Part shown: piece by piece, positions 8,688 through 16,311 of the stretch | How the letters are laid out: each line of letters starts with the position of its first letter | Numbering within the stretch: position 1 is the first letter of the stretch | Source of the DNA: Brevinematales bacterium | Lineage (GTDB): Bacteria > Spirochaetota > Brevinematia > Brevinematales > JAOACQ01 | Length of the DNA stretch: 64,000 bases | Direction of reading: 5' to 3' | Assembly: GCA_037479045.1 (NCBI GenBank) | Contig: JBBFLL010000002.1 | Location: 73,108-137,107 of the forward strand | Notes under the pieces: model-generated | What the model was told of the DNA's origin: nothing | Database searches by the model: none | Seen by the model: the letters and a program-made list of their open reading frames with translations, nothing else | Translations under genes and position numbers: made by a program

Positions 8688-9943
8688 ATTGCTTTCTCAA
8701 CCTCTTTGTTTTTTTCACCGAAAACTAATTTAAAAAACTTTAAAAGTAAAAATATTAGATATGAAAATCCCCCAATCCATATTCCTGAATTTCTTAGAAA
8801 TATATTAAAAGTCTTTATATTTTCACCTTTTATTCCCGAAGATACAAGTGTTAATAATGGTTTCCATATGTAACTATCCAGATTCAATGTAATCTTAATC
8901 CAATTAATGTAAAATCCACTGAGAAAAGAAAACATAAAAAAGTAAAAAATGAAAAGATAAATAATTACAAATCTTTGAATCGATGGGGGATAAGAAGAAA
9001 AGGGAGATTTTTTCTCCTTTTTAACTATACTTTTTATCCAGTTTTTAATTTTTGTTTGCAAGCTTACAATTCCAAGAATATCGCTTAAAAACCAGTAGCC
9101 ATCCATTTTTAAAAATGGATTGAAAGTAGAAATGCTGAAAAGTGGAAAGAGTATTAAATAATCCTTTATTGCACCTGATTGGGTCAGAAAAAATGTAAAG
9201 AACAATGGAAGGAGAAAAATGAGTTCGAAATAAAAACCAGCAATTGAAACAATAGCTCTTTCCTTGCGAGGTAAATTCCAGGATTCATGAGTGTCTGTGT
9301 ACATTACAAACATAAAATAGTAAAATCCAAAGCCTATCCCATCTTTTGAAGGAACATTGTATTTTGCCAAAGCCACTGCATGACCCATTTCGTGAAAAAC
9401 TGTTTTGAAATATGGATAGATTACAAAGATTATAAAGTAATCCCATATCCCATAATACTTGATTGTTATATGTTTTGAAAAAAAAGAAAAATAGAATAAA
9501 AAAGCTTCGAGCAGACAAAATAAAGTTGTTACTCCAATTACAACTGGTTTTTTAAGAAAAAATTCAAAAATCTTCAAAAATCCAGCAAGTTTTGAAATAT
9601 CAAAAAGCTTTATTCTTAACCAGAAGTTTTCCATTCTGTTTCTAAAAGTAAAGTTTTCTTCTTTCTCTTTGAAATTGAAAGTTAAAAGTTTTTTTTGTTC
9701 TAAAAGATTTAAAACATTCTGTACAGACTTTTCATCTATTCCTAACTCTTCTCCTATTACCTTTCGAATTTCAGTGACTACCCCTCCCTCTTTTTTTTCT
9801 AAAAGGCTGATAAATTTTCTTACATTGCTATTTATTTCTACGTCACCAAGAGAAAAAGTAACTCTATATCTGATTTCATTTGAACTGGTATCGAGTGGAG
9901 AGATTTTGTAATTCCTTAAATAAACTTTATCATCATCCCTCAT
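8684..9943 (-). CDS. Polytopic membrane zinc metalloprotease (HExxH, M50-like) with an N-terminal PqqD/RRE-like domain
   Basis: 419 aa. FHEMGHAVAL (HExxH), then NPFLKMDGYWFLSD (M50-type N..P...DG motif), and multiple TM helices. N-terminal ~90 aa (NVRKFISLLEKKEGGVVTEIRKVIGEELGIDEKSVQNVLNLLEQKKLL) matches the PqqD-like winged-helix pattern. 4-nt overlap with the downstream gene. Confidence 0.6.
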   Translation of the reverse strand: MRDDDKVYLRNYKISPLDTSSNEIRYRVTFSLGDVEINSNVRKFISLLEKKEGGVVTEIRKVIGEELGIDEKSVQNVLNLLEQKKLLTFNFKEKEENFTFRNRMENFWLRIKLFDISKLAGFLKIFEFFLKKPVVIGVTTLFCLLEAFLFYFSFFSKHITIKYYGIWDYFIIFVIYPYFKTVFHEMGHAVALAKYNVPSKDGIGFGFYYFMFVMYTDTHESWNLPRKERAIVSIAGFYFELIFLLPLFFTFFLTQSGAIKDYLILFPLFSISTFNPFLKMDGYWFLSDILGIVSLQTKIKNWIKSIVKKEKKSPFSSYPPSIQRFVIIYLFIFYFFMFSFLSGFYINWIKITLNLDSYIWKPLLTLVSSGIKGENIKTFNIFLRNSGIWIGGFSYLIFLLLKFFKLVFGEKNKEVEKAI

Positions 9944-11234
9944 TTTTCAATCCTTCAGGTACGATAATCGCATAATTTACAAGATTTTTAAGTATCTCTA
10001 CCAGCTTTTTTTCTGGAATACGCTTTTTCGTTTTAGGACTTACTATTCCTCTCTTTTTTATATCCTCAATAACCATTTTTACACTCTTTTCGGTTTTCAC
10101 AGTAAGAAAAGGATAGAGATTTATTAAGTATAAAGTGTTTTTTTCTTTTCTAAAAAAAACATATGAATGTAGAAAAAATTTATTTTTAATTTCAACTTCA
10201 TAATTCTTCACTTTTTGTTGCCAAATTTCCAATAGTTCCATATCAAAAAATCTGAAAAAGAAAAAAACTTCTTTCAATTGCCTTCCATCCCATCCCAAAC
10301 ACTTTTTTCTAAGATTTTCATATAATAAGTTATATATAGTATTGCATAGTAACTGCCCTGTTTCGTTAAAGCTTAACATAGGTTTAAATTCAAAAATTTC
10401 TCCAATACTAAATAGGATTTTACCATTAAACTTTGGAAGTGTCATTATTGGTACTACAGGAGAACACGTCATTAAATGTAATATTGGAAAAATTGAAGTA
10501 ATAACTAAAGACTTTTTCCCATTCATAGTATAAACAAAAAATTTTGCTCTATCTCTATTATAATCACAGAATGCTTTTTTTATATACTCTTGAATCTTAA
10601 CATCGTTATTATCTAAGTTAATTAAGGGTAAATCTCCAAAAATAACAATAGGAAATCCGTTTCTTAATGATTGCAACATATTAAGAGGAAAATTTTTTTT
10701 ATCTTCCAAAAAACAAAAAGAAATAGTTCCAGAAAAATCAGGAAAATTAAAAAATATTCTATCAGACTCCAACTTCACATACTTTTTGTATTTTTCATAA
10801 TGCTTCTGTCTAAAGAGACTTAAAAAATATTTATACACATCACCAGATCTTAGGGCAAGTACATTTATATAACTTATATTCAACTTTTTAATTAGATAAA
10901 AGACGCTTTCCAACATCACTTCACTATGAAAGATAAAAAAGATAGCTGTTTTAAATTCATTTAGTTTTTTGATTGTATCATTTTGAAATATGCAAGTATC
11001 ACTTTCTATCAAAAACCATCGTATTCTTAAATTTGTTAATTTATTTAAAGTTTTAGAAAAACATTTGATTTTTCTATTTTGACTATTAATTATTTTAACA
11101 TTATTAAAAACTCTAAAAAGAAAACTTGCAAACCATAAGTCTTTCAAGCTTTTCTCCGTGTTTTCACTGATATAGTAATATATATAGGTAAAAATAAAAA
11201 AAATTGTGTAGATAATTCTTTTCAGGAACAACAT
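9933..11234 (-). CDS. Hypothetical protein (433 aa), N-terminal TM; possible acyltransferase-like enzyme, unassigned
   Basis: Long ORF with an 11-nt overlap with the downstream protease gene. No motif recognised with confidence. The FHSEVMLE segment only loosely recalls the HX4(D/E) motif of LpxL-type acyltransferases. The C-terminal ~60 aa is again winged-helix/PqqD-like by eye. Confidence 0.55.
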   Translation of the reverse strand: MLFLKRIIYTIFFIFTYIYYYISENTEKSLKDLWFASFLFRVFNNVKIINSQNRKIKCFSKTLNKLTNLRIRWFLIESDTCIFQNDTIKKLNEFKTAIFFIFHSEVMLESVFYLIKKLNISYINVLALRSGDVYKYFLSLFRQKHYEKYKKYVKLESDRIFFNFPDFSGTISFCFLEDKKNFPLNMLQSLRNGFPIVIFGDLPLINLDNNDVKIQEYIKKAFCDYNRDRAKFFVYTMNGKKSLVITSIFPILHLMTCSPVVPIMTLPKFNGKILFSIGEIFEFKPMLSFNETGQLLCNTIYNLLYENLRKKCLGWDGRQLKEVFFFFRFFDMELLEIWQQKVKNYEVEIKNKFFLHSYVFFRKEKNTLYLINLYPFLTVKTEKSVKMVIEDIKKRGIVSPKTKKRIPEKKLVEILKNLVNYAIIVPEGLKNEG

Positions 11235-11341
11235 ATTTCTTCTCCATACTCTACCATTTCCTTAACAAGTTAAACCACACTCTTTTAAAGTTGAAATAAT
11301 AATTTTGAAAATAAAATAATTTTACATTTATATGATAATTA

Positions 11342-12565
11342 TTAGTTAAGATTTTTAAGCAATATAACTGCGTTACTTCCTCCAAATGCAAAGGCATTTA
11401 CCAATGCACAATTTACTTCATAATCTATAGACTCGTTGGCAACATAATCTAAATCACACTCTGGATCAGGTTCATCTAAGTTTATAGTTGGATGTAATTT
11501 ATTTTCTTTCATCTGAATTATAGCTGCTATAGTTGAAATTACCCCACTTGCCCCCATTGTATGTCCAATCATAGATTTTACCGAATTAACCTTTAATTTA
11601 TATGCTTTGTCTTTAAACATATTTTTGATGGCAATTGTCTCTTCAAAATCGTTCACTGGAGTCCCTGTTCCATGTGCTTGAATATAATTTACTTTTTCAA
11701 ACAATTCAGGATAATCCTGAAAACTTTTCTCTATAGCTTTTTCTATTGATTTGTGATTTGTATGAGTGAGATGGGTTGTATCATTTGAATACCCATAACC
11801 ACAAACTTCTGCCAGCGGAATTAAACCAAATTTTTCACAAATCTCTTCTTTTGTAATTATTACTGCTCCAGCACCTTCTCCCAGAACAGTGCCCTTTCGT
11901 CGTTTACTAAAAGGAGAAGGAACTTTGGTCGGATTTTCATTATCCTTTTCGAGAACATTCAACTTATTCCATCCTATTATACTTACTGGGAAAAGAGGTG
12001 TATCCGTTCCTCCAGCAACGACCAGATCAAGAACCCCCCATTTTATAAATAGATACCCCAAGCCTATAGCATGTAAAGAAGAAGAACAAGCTGTATCTAC
12101 AGTAATTGAAAAATCTGAAAGTTTCCATTTTTCCGAAACAAGAGCCGTAGAAGAACACCTCATACTCCGGACTAAAAATAAGGGATTAATAAAATTCTCT
12201 TGTCCCTTATTATAATATCCATAGGTCTTATCCAACGTTTCATTCCCATTGTAACAGGTTCCAATAAAAATTCCTTTTTTTAGTTCTATTCTTTCAAAAA
12301 TAGGATTTAAATTATAAGCCTTTATTGCTTCATTTACAGAATAATCCAGAAAATAAAATGCTCTATCTTCTCGCATCTTTTCAATACCAATTTTTTTTAA
12401 ATCTTTATTTTTGACTTCTCCACCTATTTTCACAGGAATATTAGAATAATCATCATTTTCTAGTTTCGAAATTTGAGAAATTCCAGAAAGAATAGAACGC
12501 GAAAACTCATTGATTCCAAAAGAAGCCGGGCTTAAAACACCCATACCAACGACAAATATTTTCAT
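11342..12565 (-). CDS. Beta-ketoacyl-ACP synthase, FabF/KAS-II-like (cluster-dedicated)
   Basis: 407 aa. Cys-His-His triad motifs DTACSSSLHAIG, AHGTGTPVND and IGHTMGASG, with the C-terminal NAFAFGGSNA. Confidence 0.85.
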   Translation of the reverse strand: MKIFVVGMGVLSPASFGINEFSRSILSGISQISKLENDDYSNIPVKIGGEVKNKDLKKIGIEKMREDRAFYFLDYSVNEAIKAYNLNPIFERIELKKGIFIGTCYNGNETLDKTYGYYNKGQENFINPLFLVRSMRCSSTALVSEKWKLSDFSITVDTACSSSLHAIGLGYLFIKWGVLDLVVAGGTDTPLFPVSIIGWNKLNVLEKDNENPTKVPSPFSKRRKGTVLGEGAGAVIITKEEICEKFGLIPLAEVCGYGYSNDTTHLTHTNHKSIEKAIEKSFQDYPELFEKVNYIQAHGTGTPVNDFEETIAIKNMFKDKAYKLKVNSVKSMIGHTMGASGVISTIAAIIQMKENKLHPTINLDEPDPECDLDYVANESIDYEVNCALVNAFAFGGSNAVILLKNLN

Positions 12566-12570
12566 AATAA

Positions 12571-12822
12571 TTACCCTTGGAAGTTTTCAAGGTATTCCCG
12601 GATTTTTGATATGGTTAGTAAACCAGATGTCTCTTCAGGAGGAAAGTTTATATTAAATTTTTTCTCAATCTCAAATAGAATTTCAAGAAGAGATAATGAA
12701 TCAGCTTTGAGGTCTTCAACAAAATGAGTATTTTCACTGATATCCGCCGGCGATATCTTTAAAATTTCAGCAATTATATTTTTGATTTCCATAATATCCT
12801 TTTCTGAAATTTGCATTTTCAA
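12571..12822 (-). CDS. Acyl carrier protein (cluster-dedicated)
   Basis: 83 aa. Phosphopantetheine-attachment motif LKADSLSLLEI. Lies 5 nt upstream of the KS gene. Confidence 0.8.
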   Translation of the reverse strand: MKMQISEKDIMEIKNIIAEILKISPADISENTHFVEDLKADSLSLLEILFEIEKKFNINFPPEETSGLLTISKIREYLENFQG

Positions 12823-12878
12823 GTTCCTCCTTTTTTACAAAAGTAAAAATATTTCTCTAATTTATCTAATTTATTTTC

Positions 12879-13826
12879 CTACTCGACTCCAAGTCTTTTA
12901 AAACACACCTGCTCAACCCATTCCTTGTTAAGTTTTTCTGCTACTTCAGACCAGTTTGTAAATTCTTCGTAGGTGTCAAGAATCGAAACCTCCGCACTTT
13001 CTCTACTCCTTTTTACTACAAGTCTACTTTCTTTATCTATCCAGTATATGCAGAATTTGCTAAGCGTTCTACCCATAAGAAGTCTCAAAAGAAAATCTTC
13101 TGTATCCATCACTACTTTTATCGTATCATAAGTCTTGTAAGTAGTTTCAATTTTTTCTTCTTTTTCAATTTTTAGTCTACCAATAACCGGTGCCCTGAGA
13201 ATATTAGGAGAAACAAACTGAGCCATACCACCCTTTTGAATATCCAAAAAGCCCACAGGAAAGGACATTGTACCAGCAACATAGTTAAAGAAAGGAAGAT
13301 TTGTATCAACTTTCGTCCTACCCTTTTGGACTTTTGTTTCATATCCATTCCATGTTCCCCACACAGATTCATAAATTCCATTTGACTCATCAAAGGATTC
13401 ATGATGATACATCCATTGGCCAGCACTATTATTTGCCCTTTTGTTTGAAAAAACAGCATCGTATTTTATCACTTGAAGTTTCTCAAGATCAATAAGTTCA
13501 ACGCTATCAAATTTATCAAGACTTTCTGGAAGGAAAGCTTGTAATTTAACATCTTTCGCGTAAGAAGTATAATAGAAACTCCTCCCATATATTTTAAGAT
13601 AGCATTTATTATCAGTTTCCTCTTTTATCCATACATAGTGTTGATAACCCATGTGCTTTCCAGCCATATCGTATAAAGAATAGCGTATATAGGCTTTCAA
13701 AGGTATTAAGTTTGGATTAAGAAACAATTTCTTTATCGATTGAGAATAAGTTGAATTGATAAGAAAAATGTAATTAATCATTACGCAGCATATCAGAAAA
13801 TTAGCCCCTCTTTTTTTAACCAACAT
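12879..13826 (-). CDS. Secreted protein, paralog C of the 3-member family
   Basis: 315 aa. Near-identical to paralog A except for the N-terminal signal region. First gene after the candidate precursor. Confidence 0.75.
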   Translation of the reverse strand: MLVKKRGANFLICCVMINYIFLINSTYSQSIKKLFLNPNLIPLKAYIRYSLYDMAGKHMGYQHYVWIKEETDNKCYLKIYGRSFYYTSYAKDVKLQAFLPESLDKFDSVELIDLEKLQVIKYDAVFSNKRANNSAGQWMYHHESFDESNGIYESVWGTWNGYETKVQKGRTKVDTNLPFFNYVAGTMSFPVGFLDIQKGGMAQFVSPNILRAPVIGRLKIEKEEKIETTYKTYDTIKVVMDTEDFLLRLLMGRTLSKFCIYWIDKESRLVVKRSRESAEVSILDTYEEFTNWSEVAEKLNKEWVEQVCFKRLGVE

Positions 13827-13953
13827 TAGAAATTACCCTCCTTTATTACTATTGCTATACACATATGTTAACACAAACCAAAGAAGAAAGGGGAGATAAA
13901 AATTTTTTTAAAGCTTAGATATATTTAACTTTTTTTTCTTTTATAGCAATCTA

Positions 13954-14055
13954 CTACTCAGCTGCACAACAGTTACCACAACCAGCGCCACCAAAATCTA
14001 CCTTTTCTTCTACTTCTTCAACCTCAAATACTAAATAATCTTGTCTCTCATTCAT
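13954..14055 (-). CDS. Candidate RiPP precursor peptide, 33 aa: MNERQDYLVFEVEEVEEKVDFGGAGCGNCCAAE
   Basis: Hand-translated; too short for the ORF track. The ATG (14055-14053) overlaps the TGA (14054-14052) of the upstream gene as ATGA. GGAGGG lies 5 nt upstream. Acidic leader, Gly-Gly at residues 22-23, and a 10-residue core with 3 Cys. Sits immediately downstream of the rSAM and pseudo-rSAM genes. Confidence 0.65.
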   Translation of the reverse strand: MNERQDYLVFEVEEVEEKVDFGGAGCGNCCAAE

Positions 14056-15020
14056 GGTATCCCTCCTTTCTTATAGATTTCTCCCCTTTCCTCTTTTTTT
14101 ATTACTTTTAAGTATTTTTTTCTTAATAAGCATTCATTTTTTTTGCTACTATTAAGACTTAAACACTTAAGACCATAACAAAACAGAGAAAACTTACATT
14201 CTTTAAGATTATTACACTTCTTTTTCACTGGTTCATAAGAGAGAAGTCTTTCAGGACAATAGTCCTTTTTCCCTATATCATCATAACATACCTTCCTATA
14301 TATAAAAGGACAGATTAGAAAAACTTTATCTTTCAACACATTTTCAAAATTCTCGAAAAACAAATCGCCTTTTCCCCAGCACCCATCCTTAAAGTCTAAA
14401 AAATCACCAATGTTTTCTGGTTTATCAGAAAGAATAACCAGCCTTATATTTGAAAATAAATCTTCCATGCCAAACGGGTTAAAGTTCTCTATTTCATTTT
14501 CGTTTACAGAAAGCCACAAAGCACCTTTTTGAAAACCATACGAATTCACTTTTTTTGCAATTTCAAGCGTTAATTCAAGGTTTTCAAAATCACTCCAGAA
14601 ATTTACTTTTTCAATATTTTCTTCTTTTTTAATTTTTTCAACCCAATTTTTAAGTTTACTTTCATTCCAGCTTACATTTTTTCTTTCTCTTTTTAAATAC
14701 CCCGGCTTTCCAACAAGAAGAAAAACTTCCTTGTAGCTGGTTTTAAGTTTGTTAACTTTGCTTTCAAGAAAAGTCAGAATTTCCCTTTTTTCCTCTTCTT
14801 CGCTGTAGCAGGTTATATACCATTTTTTAAGCCAGTCTGAAATCTCTTTTTCAGAAAAAGGATATCTATTATCAGGCATAAAACTTTCATTTTTATCCTG
14901 GATTTCTTTAAGTGATTTCCATTTTGATAAATCAATTTCTTCAAGTTCACCTGTTATTAGACTCAGAATGAAATACCTTTCATCTTTATTAATTAAAAAA
15001 CAACCTTCTGCAATTCTCAT
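14052..15020 (-). CDS. Maturase-like accessory protein lacking the radical SAM CxxxCxxC motif, with a Cys-rich (9 Cys) SPASM-like C-terminus ('pseudo-rSAM')
   Basis: 322 aa with no CxxxCxxC anywhere. The last ~110 aa contain 9 Cys, including CNNLKECKFSLFCYGLKC. Lies 3 nt downstream of the rSAM gene. Confidence 0.55.
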   Translation of the reverse strand: MRIAEGCFLINKDERYFILSLITGELEEIDLSKWKSLKEIQDKNESFMPDNRYPFSEKEISDWLKKWYITCYSEEEEKREILTFLESKVNKLKTSYKEVFLLVGKPGYLKRERKNVSWNESKLKNWVEKIKKEENIEKVNFWSDFENLELTLEIAKKVNSYGFQKGALWLSVNENEIENFNPFGMEDLFSNIRLVILSDKPENIGDFLDFKDGCWGKGDLFFENFENVLKDKVFLICPFIYRKVCYDDIGKKDYCPERLLSYEPVKKKCNNLKECKFSLFCYGLKCLSLNSSKKNECLLRKKYLKVIKKEERGEIYKKGGIP

Positions 15021-15023
15021 ATT

Positions 15024-16163
15024 CTACAAAGGAATAAGACGGGAGTAGAAAAATCCAATGCCTTTTTCGGTAAGTCTTCCTATTGCTCTTTCCTTTTCAA
15101 TTGCCACAGTACATTTAGTAACAAACCCGTCTGGGCGGATTAAAAATGAGTTTCTTATCTCTGCATCACAATATTTATATTCTCTTTTTAAACCTAAAGG
15201 ACTACTAAAACCTCTCTTTGACAATTCATTTAGAAGGAATTTTTCTACACTAGAATTAATTTTGTAAGTACAGTTACTTTCATTATCTTTATTCCCATCC
15301 CAGTCTTCAGTACACGAAGAATATATATCTCTAAAGTAAATATCAACTCTATCCTTAAATTTCTTGAAGATGTCAAAGATTGAAAGAATTTCATTTAGTT
15401 CAGTTTCTTCTCCGCTGTGGATGTGAATTCTAACTGCTATCTTATTCAAAGGATTTGCTTCTAAGAAATTAGTCACGTTTTTTATAATTGTATCAAAGGT
15501 AGGCTGTCCCCCAACAAGAGTTCTCATTTTGTTATGTCTTGTCTTACCACCATCAAGTGTAAAGTGAACATCTCTTAATTGAATTTTATCGAAAATATTG
15601 ATTATTTTATCATTGAGGAGAACTGCATTTGTAGTTATTCCAGTATTAAATTTTATCTCCCATTTTTTTGAAATATCTACAGCAAAAGTACCTATCTCTT
15701 CAATTATTTCAGGCATCAAGAGTGGCTCACCACCGAACCAGCTTATTCCAAGAAAATTAAGGGTCTTAGCTCTGTTTTCAATTAACTTACAGATATTTTT
15801 GACAACATCATATGACATTCTCTCCTCAGGATGAATCTCATAACAATACGGACAACGACAGTTACAATTCAGGGTGGGAACTATTGTAAGGATCAGCTTA
15901 TCTATCCTGTAAATATCCTGATTGCGTAACTCCAGAAGAAGATTATATTCATCAATGTTATCTGGAATGAGTAATTTACCATCAACAAGTTTTTTATAAA
16001 TCTTTGCGTCTTTATTGGAAACTACATCTTCCGGATTACTTAAAATTTTTATTACATCTTCTTTCCATTCGAGTGGAAAAGATGTATAGCTATTCCCAAA
16101 CCAGGAATACAGGACATACTCATTCTCTGTTAAGAAATCGACAAAATAATTTGTTGACTTCAT
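15024..16163 (-). CDS. Radical SAM peptide-maturase-type enzyme (anSME/SPASM-twitch family-like)
   Basis: 379 aa. CNCRCPYC contains CX3CX2C. Also WFGGEPLL (GGE motif), ITTNAVLL and HFTLDG. The C-terminal region has 4 Cys, including YCDAEIRNSFLIRPDGFVTKC, typical of an auxiliary-cluster domain. SD GGGGGA precedes the ATG. Confidence 0.8.
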   Translation of the reverse strand: MKSTNYFVDFLTENEYVLYSWFGNSYTSFPLEWKEDVIKILSNPEDVVSNKDAKIYKKLVDGKLLIPDNIDEYNLLLELRNQDIYRIDKLILTIVPTLNCNCRCPYCYEIHPEERMSYDVVKNICKLIENRAKTLNFLGISWFGGEPLLMPEIIEEIGTFAVDISKKWEIKFNTGITTNAVLLNDKIINIFDKIQLRDVHFTLDGGKTRHNKMRTLVGGQPTFDTIIKNVTNFLEANPLNKIAVRIHIHSGEETELNEILSIFDIFKKFKDRVDIYFRDIYSSCTEDWDGNKDNESNCTYKINSSVEKFLLNELSKRGFSSPLGLKREYKYCDAEIRNSFLIRPDGFVTKCTVAIEKERAIGRLTEKGIGFFYSRLIPL

Positions 16164-16311
16164 TCCCCCGACCTTTTTTAATTCTTAAGTTAATATTCTT
16201 TATTTCAAACTTTTTATATTGTTTTAAATTAAATTTTTACACCTTTTACTAAAACTACCAGAAATTTTTCCTCAATTTTGAAATTTTTTATAAAAATTTT
16301 TTTGTTTTATC

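Noticed and set aside
9285-9518. Same-strand, alternate-frame ORFs nested in real genes: 9285-9518 inside the M50-like protease gene and 13172-13459 inside paralog C.
   Set aside because: They are fully nested in longer ORFs with recognisable motifs, and there is no independent start context.
11222-11257. An 11-codon mini-ORF (MVEYGEEICCS) in the gap upstream of the 433-aa gene. It ends in a CC motif reminiscent of the precursor core.
   Set aside because: The only purine-rich stretch (AAGGAA) abuts the ATG with no spacer, the ORF overlaps the next gene's start, and it has no leader-like region. A chance ORF is the likeliest explanation. It would only be worth revisiting if conserved in homologous clusters.
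16004-16252. Track ORF 16004-16252 (+), spanning the rSAM start and its 5' leader.
   Set aside because: It is antisense to the well-supported rSAM gene, its translation is low-complexity, and it has no RBS.
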